64,000 nt of DNA from Marsupella aquatica (taxonomy: Eukaryota; Plantae; Marchantiophyta): contig OZ316894.1 of assembly GCA_973895155.1 (NCBI GenBank), positions 15,926,699 through 15,990,698 on the forward strand. Direction: 5' to 3'. Shown piece by piece: positions 40,410 through 51,791 of the stretch (positions are counted from its first letter, which is position 1; each line of letters opens with the position of its first letter). The notes under the pieces are model-generated. The model did not search any database. It had not been told where the DNA came from and worked only from the letters and a program-made list of their open reading frames with translations. Made by a program: the position numbers and the translations under genes.

Positions 40410-41891
40410 ATGGCGGAAGCAGTGTCGAGGATAGGATTGGCGGGGTTGGCCGTCATGGGACAGAATCTGGCGTTGAATATTGCCGAGAAGGGGTTTCCGA
40501 TCTCCGTTTACAATCGGTCGGCCAACAAGGTGGACGATACGGTGGAGAGAGCAAAAGAAGAAGGGGAGCTGCCGTTGACCGGCTACTATGATCCCGAGAA
40601 ATTCGTGCACTCCATTAAAAAGCCGCGATCGATTATTATGCTGGTGAAGGCCGGCACGCCGGTGGATCAAACGATCACGACTCTGTCGAAGTACATGGAG
40701 CCGGGCGACTGCCTCATCGACGGAGGCAACGAGTGGTACGAGAACACAGAAAAGAGAGCAGCTCATGCGAAAGAGCAGGGGCTTCTGTATCTGGGCATGG
40801 GCGTGTCCGGGGGAGAAGAGGGAGCAAGGAGAGGTCCTTCGATGATGCCTGGAGGCACCCTGGAGGCGTACAAATACGTGGAGGATATTGTCCAGAAGGT
40901 TGCCGCGCAGGTCGATGATGGTCCATGCGTGACCTATGTTGGGCCGGGAGGGGCTGGGAACTTCGTGAAAATGATTCACAACGGTATAGAGTACGGAGAC
41001 ATGCAGCTCATTTCTGAGGCATATGATGTGCTCAAGACGGCCGGGGGATTGACGAACCAGGAGCTCCAGGAAGCCTTCGCTGAGTGGAACAAGGGTGAGC
41101 TGGATAGCTTCCTAGTCGAGATCACTGCCGACATTTTCTCAGTCAAAGATGATAAGGGAGACGGCGAGCTAGTTGACAAGATCTTAGATAAAACTGGAAT
41201 GAAGGGTACTGGAAAGTGGACTGTGCAGCAAGCAGCAGAGCTTTCGATAGCAGCACCGACTATTGCCGCTTCCCTGGATTCCCGATTCTTAAGCGGACTG
41301 AAGGAAGAGCGCGTGGCTGCCGCGGAGGTTTTCAAGCAGTATGGCGTGGGAGATATCTTGGCGAAGAAGAACATCGACAAGAAACAGCTGGTGGATGATG
41401 TGCGTAAAGCTCTTTATGCCTCAAAAATTTGCAGCTATGCGCAAGGGATGAATTTAATTCGGGCCAAGAGCATAGAGAAGGGATGGGATTTGAACTTGGG
41501 GGAGCTTGCACGTATTTGGAAAGGGGGCTGCATCATTCGCGCAAGTTTTCTGGACCGGATCAAGGGTGCTTATGACCGGAACCCCAATCTTGCCAGCTTG
41601 CTCGTGGATAAGGAATTCGCCAAAGAGATGGTCGAGAGGCAGGCAGCATGGCGACGAGTGGTGGGCCTTGCCATTGAAACGGGAATTAGCACCCCTGGCA
41701 TGAGCGCCAGTCTTGCCTACTTTGACACTTATCGGCGAGCCCGTCTGCCCGCCAATCTCGTGCAAGCCCAACGAGACTACTTCGGAGCACACACTTACGA
41801 GAGAACGGATATGGGCGGTGCGTACCACACAGACTGGTTCAAAATCGCCAAGCAATCCAGCCAAACTAGCAAGGCTACCACGAATGCTTAG
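40410..41891 (+). CDS. PGD: 6-phosphogluconate dehydrogenase, decarboxylating (PGD2-like), intronless CDS
   Basis: 493-aa ORF with NADP-binding RIGLAGLAVMGQNLALNIAEKGF, DGGNEWY, GVSGGEEGA, FVKMIHNGIEYGDMQLI, KGTGKWT and AQRDYFGAHTYER. The C-terminal HTDWFKIAK resembles the Arabidopsis PGD2 type. Confidence 0.98.
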   Translation: MAEAVSRIGLAGLAVMGQNLALNIAEKGFPISVYNRSANKVDDTVERAKEEGELPLTGYYDPEKFVHSIKKPRSIIMLVKAGTPVDQTITTLSKYMEPGDCLIDGGNEWYENTEKRAAHAKEQGLLYLGMGVSGGEEGARRGPSMMPGGTLEAYKYVEDIVQKVAAQVDDGPCVTYVGPGGAGNFVKMIHNGIEYGDMQLISEAYDVLKTAGGLTNQELQEAFAEWNKGELDSFLVEITADIFSVKDDKGDGELVDKILDKTGMKGTGKWTVQQAAELSIAAPTIAASLDSRFLSGLKEERVAAAEVFKQYGVGDILAKKNIDKKQLVDDVRKALYASKICSYAQGMNLIRAKSIEKGWDLNLGELARIWKGGCIIRASFLDRIKGAYDRNPNLASLLVDKEFAKEMVERQAAWRRVVGLAIETGISTPGMSASLAYFDTYRRARLPANLVQAQRDYFGAHTYERTDMGGAYHTDWFKIAKQSSQTSKATTNA

Positions 41892-43214
41892 TTACTTCAC
41901 TACTGTACAGTATAGATCTGACAACAGTAGTACTGAGCGTACGAAAACTTACTTGGTGCAAAGGCAGAAGTCTCATTTTTGTGATTTAGGACTGTCTCGT
42001 TCTTTGATAGCTATTTAGCGGGTGACATTGAGGATTTCAGTGGGAGAGCCTTCACTTCATGGCTCTATGCTAGTACTTAGAAGATCCTCGTAGGATCAAG
42101 CACCCACCCGTGCAATTTTCTAATAATGCGGATGCCCCCACGAAGCATATTGCTTTCTAGAAGCTCCTCATTTTTCAGGGCATCAAGCTAAAATGCAATG
42201 GAGAGAATTTCCTGAAAGCCAGCTCTTAGATTGGGAAGATCTATGCGTGGCCATTGGAAATAAATTAAGTCTTGGGGAACCCAACGAAAGAACCATCTAT
42301 ATGGTATTTGCTGCTAGTTTCGTTAATCAAGCATTGCCGTCGTGAATTGCAGTTGCAAATATTAGTTGAGATTGCATTTGGGAGAGGGCATTTGGGCCAT
42401 CTCCTTCAGATGAGAACGGGTTCAATGTCGAGCTATTCTTTTTTTAACATCTTCTATGGACAATGAATGCTGATTACAAGGTATTCCCTCGGCTGGTGTT
42501 TAACAGACTCATCCTTGGGAAGTGCATTGGTATCGGCAGAATTGCTCAATATACTAGTAGTTCACGAAAATATGGGAACCGGCAAGATCCATGCAAGCCT
42601 CGTTGTGAACTCCGGCTGGCAGCTGTTTCAGCGAAGAATGGGCGATGCTTCCTAGAATGTGACCAGACGATTCCCCACGGTATCTCCTTTGCGGTTGGTT
42701 TTCATGTCACGTGATGGAACGAATGTGGCTCTCTGAACAGTTACAGTTGAGAGCAGTTGACGACCCACGAAGGCAAAGAGAGTGGTCACTGAACTTGAAC
42801 GGCCTGGCGAAGGGCACGGCACTGTACAGTGACCAAGTGCCGCTCATGTTCAGGTTTCATGACAGTCCAGTAACCCATAGTCCTGCCGAACTCCTTGATA
42901 CCTTCATGGTATTGTATTATTGTTCGGCGTGATCGTCCGACCGTCGGAGCAATCGAGGAGGATACTAAAATACGGATTGAATTACAGTACTACGAAAATG
43001 ATGCTCCCACTTCGACGAGAATGGGACAGAGCCCGTGAACCATGGAACAGCAAGAACCGCCACACCTTTTACATCATTCTTCCCTCATTGACACCTCCTT
43101 CACTCGTTGGTACCTTTCTAGCTTCCGCAACACTCTTAATTTGACCTCCAATATTTCCCTTGATATCCAATTGAACTTACCCTTCTTGTGCTTGTTAGCA
43201 GCTACTGGGACAGG

Positions 43215-43476
43215 TCTTTCCAACCACTCTAATTTCTTCAGGTTCATTCGGAACTAATAGAGAGAACTATAAATATTATTCCATCACTTATTTTGAGTAA
43301 CTAGCTGTGACATACTATCTTTCGAACCACTCTAATTTCTTCAGGTTCATTCAGAACTAATAGAGAGATCTATACATTTATAAAAATTATTCCATCACTT
43401 ATTTTGAGTAACTAGCTGTGACATACTAATTGAGAGAACTATCACTTATTTTGTGTAAATAGTGTAGCTGTGACAT
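43215..43476. repeat. 103-bp tandem duplication plus a partial third copy
   Basis: TCTTTC(C/G)AACCACTCTAATTTCTTCAGGTTCATTC...CCATCACTTATTTTGAGTAACTAGCTGTGACATACTA starts at 43215 and 43318. A partial copy lies at ~43432-43476. Confidence 0.85.
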
Positions 43477-44559
43477 TCAGTACCTACCTCTATATCCAAT
43501 GTACTCTGATTTTTTGGGGTTCATTCAGAATGACTTGGTAAAAGCATAATATAGTCTACTAGCTCAATACATGTGCATTCACAGAAGTTGTCATTGCACC
43601 AACAATGTCAATACGTAAAAGATGTCATTGCACAATATATGTTGTTCACTAAAAAGATGGTGCTGTGAAAAATATGTAGTTATGTATCGGATGTCAGTTG
43701 TCAAGAAGATAGTGTGCAAAAGATGTAGTTGTGTAATTTTGTAAAGATGTTTGTGAAGAAAATGTCATTGCACAAAGATGATGTTAAAGACACTATCAGT
43801 GTTCCATTCATGGACACGAGTCATTATTAGAACTTGATTATGATTTTTACTTCTTTTCTTGCCCAGTGTTTCATTGGTAAGTTTGACTTTATTGTTATGG
43901 CACCTTAAAAAAAGTTGCCCTCTCAAAATTTTCCCCCTCTCTTCCCTCGAAGGGGGAAAACGTGGACTGAGATAAAATAAAAGCAAACACCACCTCTTGA
44001 CAAAACGGAAAAAGGTAAAACGTTTGTACAAGAATAAAAAACTATTCTAAAATGGGAATAAAATGCTTCCTTGCTCATCCTTTTTTCTCTCCCCCTAGTC
44101 ATACCCACTAAAAATGATGGAGTATAGGCTATACATGTGTAACTTGCAGTTGAAGTGCCACATGTACTCACTCCATTTTGGACAGGTATTCTATACATTT
44201 GCTTCAGTTCATAGCCAGTTCCATTTTCAGATAGTCCCACCTTCCAAGAAATTCAGAGAATAAATCTGAAGGGGGTCATTACTTCCCTCCAAGAGTTAGT
44301 TTGTCAATGGAAAAAAACTCTATTGGGAAGGATTTAGATATTAGAGTGGTTGATTTCATTAAGAATTGAGATACCTACAATTTTTCAAAGATGATTGTCT
44401 GATTTTTTTTTGTCACATTTCACTCATCTGTGCAATATGTACTATATGAGCATAACACAGTTTTCTTGCCATCCGGTTTGCAAAAATCTATCTGAACATT
44501 TTGTAAAAGTGGAGGTCTGTCTGAGCTTCAATTTCCCCAGTACAGTTAGTGTCCTCTAA

Positions 44560-45571
44560 TGAATTGGGAGAGATCAAGGAAGGAAACTCTTTCTGTGCTG
44601 GTTGTGACCAGTACTGGGCTGCTATTGGGCATACAAGTAATGATATCAATTGGCATTGGTCCTTATCAACATGGCCTGGGGTCAGGGTATTGAAATATTA
44701 AAAAATTATCAGTTGGGGATTAGAATCTGAATTTCCACTCCACCACCAGCTGGTTGCGTTGGTATTGGAGGCTTAAGAATATCAAGGTGTGTGACCAAAT
44801 TGATCTCATAACTAAAAAATGGAACAAAAATCCAATTTCCAGTTGGTCTAATTGACATCGAGTAGAAACTAATGCCCCAGAACTGTTTCAAATTGAATTT
44901 GTTTTAACTGGTTCTGTTAAGGATGACTTCGTTCTGGAAAAGGCAAAGAAAGGAATGAGTTGCATACTTGCATTGTTGGCAGCTTGAATGCCGGTGAGTA
45001 CAGGCCTAATGGAAATGCTCTATTAATTAAGGCGTGATTTGCCTGATTCAGGTCTGGTATTGCAAACCTTTACCAGAGGCGATACAAATGGATGTGCATT
45101 GTTGGGCTGGGCAAATGTTTGATGGGTACCGGTCAACACCAGCGAGATTGATTGCAACGTCTATAGCGTGAGAGATCGAGGGTTCAGGTTGGTGTCACCA
45201 AAATAACGTTGGACTTTGAGTGCTACATCTTGCTCGTTGTAGACAGAATATCGATGGATTGTAGCATGTTTTAGGGGTCCCGTTCGTATTTTCAGCACCG
45301 TCAACGAGATGGAACAGTTGAGGAAGCGAAAGAAGGTTTGATTTTCGTGGAAGGCCTTTGTCAATTTCATTTGGCATGCGCCTTTGAATGAACAGGTGGA
45401 TACGGTGTATGTAGTCGTTCTTATTCTATAGAGAAGTCTAGGGAAGCCTTGGAAAAGGTCTTTTTGTTGAAAGGCAGTTCCCTTCTTGTTATGGGGGTCA
45501 TGGCAACCATGTATTAGTTTCTGCATAGTCATGGGTTCTTTGGGTACAGTACCTTCAAGAAGGTACACCAC
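44560..45571 (-). mobile_element. Possible highly decayed LINE ORF1-like remnant
   Basis: Broken minus-strand fragments LVTHLDILKPP and FNTLTPGHVDKDQC loosely resemble the VDISKPL and CCHC-knuckle motifs of plant L1 ORF1. Many stops; recognised by eye only. Confidence 0.2.
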
Positions 45572-47680
45572 AAGGGGTATACTCTTGGTAAGGTGCTAAT
45601 TGATTACATGGTTGTAAAAAGAATTACTAAGATGCTTGGTGATTGGTCTCATAGTCCTTACAAAAGGACTTCTAGTGGGGTCCGTAATTAAAAGATATAA
45701 AAGATACAAGTGGGGTAAAAACTTTTGCTTTTTCCAAGTATGAGTTCACCCTGTTGTCATTCTGTTATTAGCCAATACACTGGCGGAAAGTAACTTGACA
45801 ATTGTAGTGATGTCCAGTCAGTCCTCGGAAACACATAGTAATGGCAATGTAATTTTGTTCAGCCTATTGTGACTGACCCCCTCGGTCATGGGCCTGGTTT
45901 ATTTTCACCTTGGCAGGTATCCTTTACTTGCAAGGGATACTCCCCTGCTTTTGGGGGGTAGAGGGTAGAGGTGAAGGGCGACGAGCTTATGGGACATTCT
46001 CCACGTGTGCTGTACTCATAAGCTGACCCCACCTACGAAGGCTGGATAGCAAAACAACTGGTATGGGAATGGCACTGTGAAATGTACAGTGACCGAGAAG
46101 AAAAAGAGGCCTTATCCACTTTTTTAATAGTCATCCATGGCCACGTCAACATCCTGCCCATCATTTTGAGCCAGTTGGGTCTGCCTAAATTTTACCCTTT
46201 ACTGCGCCTTTTGTGATTGTGAATAAGCCACAGTGGCGTATTTTACTTGTTACTCCCCCTTTTTCATGTTTTTAGTAGCAAACATTTGCCAAAGTCTCTA
46301 TTTGTCAAGTAATTGTTCTAGGATTAGCCAGTTTCCAAACTAGCCATAGTCCTGACAGCTAGAATCTGACAGTTATGGTTATATTAAAACCTTCAGAATT
46401 TAGTTAGTTAAATGAGATTAAAAAATATTCTTAGCATCTTCTCTTTTACACCAATGGCAAAAGAGAAAAATTAAAGAGTACCCTCTTGAAGTGTTCACAT
46501 AGAGCTTCCCAGATGTAGTTGAGGTAGACCAGGTAGTGGTGACAAAATTTCCAGAGAGAGCAGAGAGTATAGGATACAAATTGCAATCGAGGTTCACAGG
46601 CAGGAGGGACCATTGGCTTCACGCCATCCCTATTGTAATTTCTGTACAGAATGTACAGTAGGTTACAAGTGTGCAACCATTTTTTGAGGTACCCTGGATT
46701 CACATAAGCTCTGGCACTAAAGTAACCTTTTTCTGGACTGTAATGGAGGTTTGGGTGGGGGTTTGAGCCTGTACCTTGCTCCAAAAAAACTCTGAAAAGC
46801 TTCTCAACCACAGCCCCTCTGTCTGTTTTCACTTTTTGGTCAAAGAGTTACAAACTAGTAACGTAGAGCAGACTGTCATTATCCTACATGTAAACTACTG
46901 TAGTACACCATAGTGGTAATTTCGTTTGCCGAAATTGCAAAAAGCATTTTTTCCTTGCCTCCTAGCTATTGTTGGGCGCCATTGAAATTACTCCCAACCA
47001 AAAGCTCCCGGTAATTTGCCTACATCTAGCTAAACTTGTCGTTCCAGCCAATTCCAATGTATGACTCCGATTCCAGTTATTGGCCTCATACAATCGGTAG
47101 TTTCGGGTTATAGTACCAGATTTTATTTTATTTAAATATTTGTTGGGCGGAACCTACAGTAATTACCACTACGAGGGGTAGACAGTCCTGTAGGGTCGGA
47201 GAGCCCCGCGGTGACGTGGTGGTCCGGAGGGGGCGAGATGGAGAGCGGATGGGGCTGAAATGGCGGGCCTGGCGCAAACCTGAAAGAGTCATTATTCGTG
47301 AGCCGGTCAAGCGGAGGGTGACGAAGATTCAGCGACAGAATTGCGGTACCGCGCTGTAGCAGCAGCATTCTTCGGGCTCCTGATCGGCGCAGCAGCAGAG
47401 CAACGTCGATTCTGAGCGCAGAAGGGAAGAGAAGTAGTCCAGGACTCGAATGGAAATGACTGTGCAGAGTGAGAGACGGGTGACACGTACTTCGTAGACC
47501 GTGCCCGTTCGAACGCGCTCGAGCAGAACGAAGAATCTGTGGGTCGCATTGTGGGAGTCTGGTAACGACGATTCGGAAGAAGGGGGTTTTCGTCAACCAT
47601 CAGAGACGGTGTTCGGATTTCCCAGATAACGGGGAGACGAGGAATCCCGAATATTGAGCGAGCAAATTTCTTCTGTAGGC

Positions 47681-50620
47681 ATGGCGGCAGTATTTTTAAC
47701 GACTGGAACGCAGATCTCGACTTGCGTGGCTTGCTGCTCATCTTCTTCCACCTCAACAGCGGCGGCCAGCAGCGGTAGAGCGGGCTTGAGTTCTGGGTTT
47801 TTGCGAACTCCAACCCGAGGGTTTTGCAGCAGCATTGGGTCGAGCTTCCATGGGCAGCTCGTTGCAGATGTTTGTCGGTCATCCCCCTCGGGCCCTTCCG
47901 GAAAGGGTAGGGTCACGACCATGGCTTGGGGTGGGACTTTGGCTTCGGTGCGGCTCATCGTCCAAGGGAAGCATTTGGAGGTCAGCATATCAGTTTGCTA
48001 CCCTGTTTGTCTACCTGTCTATGTTCCATCCATTTCAAGAACGGAATGACCATTACATATGAGGACAAGGGATCACAATTAGTGAGCGTTGTTCTCTTGC
48101 TTGGTCAGCTGTCGCACCCATTATTATGTGACAACTCTTGCAAATCCTGTGGAGCAAGTGCTCCTCTTATTTATGGACAGGATCTTCAAGCTCCACCTAG
48201 TTGCCTTGACTGTGTTTGTGTCGGTGACTCTCGCATAGAGCTCTATGTGACCATTTCTCCAGTATAATATCATCGGTTGTCTTGAATTATAACCGTAGAG
48301 ACAAGCAAAAGCTTGTAAAGATGACTCGCTACATTGCAAGAAGGTTAAAGGTTTTAGTTCGCGGAAGTGTCTCAAAGGCAGCAGCGTCAGAATTGAATAA
48401 TCTGTTTCAAGTGTTCAGCTCAGTGAGCGTATCTAGAACGGACTCAGGTGATCGCTAAAGAGGGTTTAGGACGGTGCGAAATGAAGTCCCACTGGCGAGC
48501 ACGGCGTTTGGATAGTTTAGTAAAGGAAGTGTATCCACTACTGATTGACTTCGCTCTTCTTTCAGTCCCATATATGGAGTGATGGATGTGAATGATGAAA
48601 AGCATGACAACCATGACTAGCCGGGAGCGAGGCGAAGTGCACATTCCAGGGATTTTCATGATCAGAATTCGTAGCTTACATCTATTGTCTTCCTACTGTC
48701 CGTATGCATGAATTTGAATTTTTTTGTGTTGGCGGTGGCTGCTGATGTACGTGGGGATGGTCATCTGTCTTCAGTTGACAGACAACATCAAAGCTTACGT
48801 CGAAGAGAAGGTTGGTCATGCGGTCTCAAATCATACCAACCTCGTAAGGGAGGTTGACGTGCGAATGTCGGCGCGAGGGGGAGAGGCCGGCCGAGGGCAG
48901 AAACTCCAAAGATGTGAGGTAAACAAGGAGCTAGACTTCAGTCGTCCACTGTTCCACTCTGCCTCCGAACTTTCGTGTTCACTTTTTTGCAATGCCATGT
49001 GATTACCTGAACAATCCCTATCTTGGAGTCTTCTTCTCAAGTCATGCCCCAGGAAATTGAAGTTTGCGCAACATTTTGCATAGCGAAGTCGACAGGAATC
49101 TGTTGTGAATATTGTACTAATGATCGAATTTCGTAGGCGTGGATCCGCCATATGAAGAAGTTTTGTGTGATGGTTCGACGGGGGCCCTATAATTAGTTCG
49201 TTGGTCACAAGGACATTCTCAACCGTGAAAAGTAAACACGCTTCTTCGTTTCTGTGGCTAAATGTGATATACAGGTGACGATTTTCACGAAGAGGCACGG
49301 AGTTGTCCGGGCAGAGGAGGAAGCAGACAGTTTGTACGCCAGCATCGACAGAGTGTCCGATGTGTTAACCAGAAAGCTGCGCAAGATCAAAGAGAAGGAT
49401 GGAGGGCATGGCCGAACCAAGCAGATGCGTAACGCTCCTCGCGTTGGAGCACTGCTGTCCAATGAAGTCGTGGATTTGACGGCCATTCTTGAGAAGAAAC
49501 CATCCGACCTACCGGATGAGGTGTACCTTCGTTGGAATTGCCCGTACTGTTTTAGCAAATGGATTCGTGCTTCGGCATTTGGCGTTCGTAGATGTTGGCC
49601 CCGGTCTATAGCATCCAATGATATTTGACGTGGATTTGATTCCAGTTTTCTTTCAGTTGTCCCGGCGTTGTAAGCTCGACTTCGAAAGTTGAGGGTTTAA
49701 AGCAGAAGGATTCTGAGAAATTACGTTTCAAGTTCCAGAGACCCGATCTTAATTGTTTTAAATGATCCCGACAAACTTAGAGACTATATCAACAATACAA
49801 GAATCGTAATGACATATGCGTGTGACCGGAGTTTCATGCGCATAACTTGGGTGTGGATCGAAGTATGAATCAGGGTGGTACTATTTGTTGTGGAGTCTTA
49901 TGTCTAGACATACAATATCATGGGGTTTCTCAGATCGGAGGAAACTTTATCCAGTCAGTCCGCCAGTTGAGTTTGCGACGGTTACGGTGAGGGGCAGTCG
50001 CGACTGTAGGTCCTCAAAAAACAGGACATTTGAGACTACGGCAGGCGCTGGTAGCTCACCTGTCTCGGAATTTTCTTTTTCATTCTTCATCTGACTATAT
50101 TCAATCGTGGAACTTGTCAGGTGGTTCGCACAAAGTATTTTGACATGCCCCCGATGAGCAGCTTTGAAGCACTGGAGCATTTGGTAAATGTGGATCACGA
50201 CTTTTATGCCTTCCGCAACTCTGAGAGTGGTAAGTGGCACATCGATTTTTGGGATTTAATCAGAAACACGATGAATTGTTGGCTGAGCAGACAATACATT
50301 AGTTTTTGTAATTTCTCTGAGTGTCGAAGGCTTCTGGATATCTGTATGAGCCTCAATTCATTGTAGTTTGTTGACTGAGGGAAAGTAGACGGGCCCGAGG
50401 AGGCGACAGATTTGAAGAACTACGGACATCAGAGATTAGTCTCACTTGGCTTGCGCTATTCCTACTATCGCACCTGATTTGGAATTTTCCTCTTATCTCC
50501 ATCATCGCAGGTGAGATCAACATTCTTTATAAGAGACGACACGGTGGCTTTGGAATGATAGTTCCAAGGAATGGCGAGAAATGGGAAAATGGTGAAAATG
50601 GTTCTTCTACGAAGTTTTAG
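47681..50620 (+). CDS. PSRP1: Plastid ribosome-binding/hibernation factor PSRP1 (S30AE/HPF family) with chloroplast transit peptide, 302 aa
   Basis: Exons 47681-47980, 48775-48918, 49275-49520, 50121-50229 and 50511-50620 are all GT-AG and total 909 nt. The N-terminus is Ser-rich. Motifs: [90 protein letters not shown]. Confidence 0.95.
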
Positions 50621-51374
50621 TGCTTGATGTCGTAAGAAAGGCAACCTCAGGCTCCTGCAGATAGATATTTGTATCTTAGTCTACTGTGCCTGAGCAGCAG
50701 AATAAAACAAATCAAATCCTGAGTTGTGAGTGCAATTTGCTGTCGATGAAGACTGCTATTATTTGTGAAGGTCTCCTCCACCTCCAAATGATCTAATGCT
50801 CAATTTACTTGTTCCAGTCTCAGCTGAAACAGCTCTCTGGAATATATCTCAAGGATGTGCCCGAGGTATTCCAACTGACAAGGAGTTCCCTGCTCTATGA
50901 ACCGTAAGGTATGCCCCAGTTGTTTCACATATGAAAACATGGGCAGGATTATCAAACTGCACCTGACCGTTGTGATAGTGTCCCCCTGTCGCAATTCCCA
51001 AGCATCGATCATGTCAAAATGGTAGCCAAGCAAGGGAGGAAGACTACTTGCGTATGTATCATTCTGTGTCAAACAAAGAGCTCTGAAGTCCTCTCCTTCC
51101 CTGCAAAATGAAAGCTTCCTATTGGTATCATCAAATCACCACAAAAAGCAATTGTCTGTTAAGGTGGCCACTCGGTCTGTTGACGAAGTCCAAATGGGCG
51201 GGAATGAATCTTGCCTGTCGATAGTGGGTGCTATTTCTGTGACCATCCGATTCTCTAAAAAACACCCTCAGCAATCCTGCCCTGATGACCGCCTTGCCCC
51301 CTCCAACTGAGCGATGTGTGAATGTGCCTCTGTCCGTCCTGGCCCTATCTCATATTTGCCCCACCCTCCTGTGC

Positions 51375-51724
51375 CCTCCGCTCAACCTCTCCAGAAATAA
51401 ACCACACTCAACTGATGATGGATGTACTTGGTCAACCGCTCCAGAAACGAACCTCCGCTCAACCTCTCCAGAAATAAATCACACTCAAACTGATGATGGA
51501 TGCACCTGGTCAACCTCTGAAATGAACCACTCAACTGATGAGCGCAACCTCTTCAGAAAGATGCACCTGGTCAACCGCTCCAGAAACGAACCTCCGCTCA
51601 ACCTCTCCAGACACAAATCACACTCAAAGCTGATGATGGATGCACCTGGTCAACCTCTGGAATGAACCACTCAACTGATGAGCGCAACCTCTTCAGAAAT
51701 CTACACTCAACTATGATGGATGCA
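51375..51724. repeat. Complex higher-order tandem repeat (77/139-bp periods)
   Basis: CCTCCGCTCAACCTCTCCAGA starts at 51375, 51452 and 51591. Submotifs CACTCAA(n)CTGATGATGGATG(C/T)AC(C/T)TGGTCAACC and CTGATGAGCGCAACCTCTTCAGAAA recur. Confidence 0.85.
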
Positions 51725-51732
51725 GGCATGAA

Positions 51733-51791
51733 GGGCCTGTAGCTCAGTGGTAGCAACATGGGAGATCCAGGTTCAAGTCCTAGCTGGTCTA
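51733..51791 (+). pseudogene. tRNA-derived sequence lacking the anticodon arm (Pol III A and B boxes)
   Basis: GGGCCTG TAGCTCAGTGGTAG CAACATGGGAGAT CCAGG TTCAAGT CCTAG CTGGTCTA. A box TAGCTCAGTGG at 51740-51750, B box GGTTCAAGTCC at 51770-51780. Acceptor and T stems are imperfect and there is no anticodon stem-loop. Confidence 0.75.

Noticed and set aside
41713-42018. Alternative frame at the 6PGD C-terminus reading AKL-ARL-PRM (three PTS1-like tripeptides)
   Set aside because: None is followed by a stop codon and I see no splice site or slippery site leading into that frame. Probably chance.
51285-51665. 126-aa ORF with repeated TDDGCTWST
   Set aside because: It is the translation of the DNA tandem repeat; copies differ by frame-shifting indels, so there is no sign of coding constraint.
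51408-51720. Box C/D snoRNA cluster suggested by repeated TGATGA and CTGA
   Set aside because: The motifs overlap within one repeated module, with no terminal stems or recognisable rRNA-antisense guides. Repeat amplification explains them better.
51733-51791. Functional tRNA gene
   Set aside because: About 59 nt with no anticodon arm, mismatched acceptor and T stems, and an LTR end plus PBS directly downstream.
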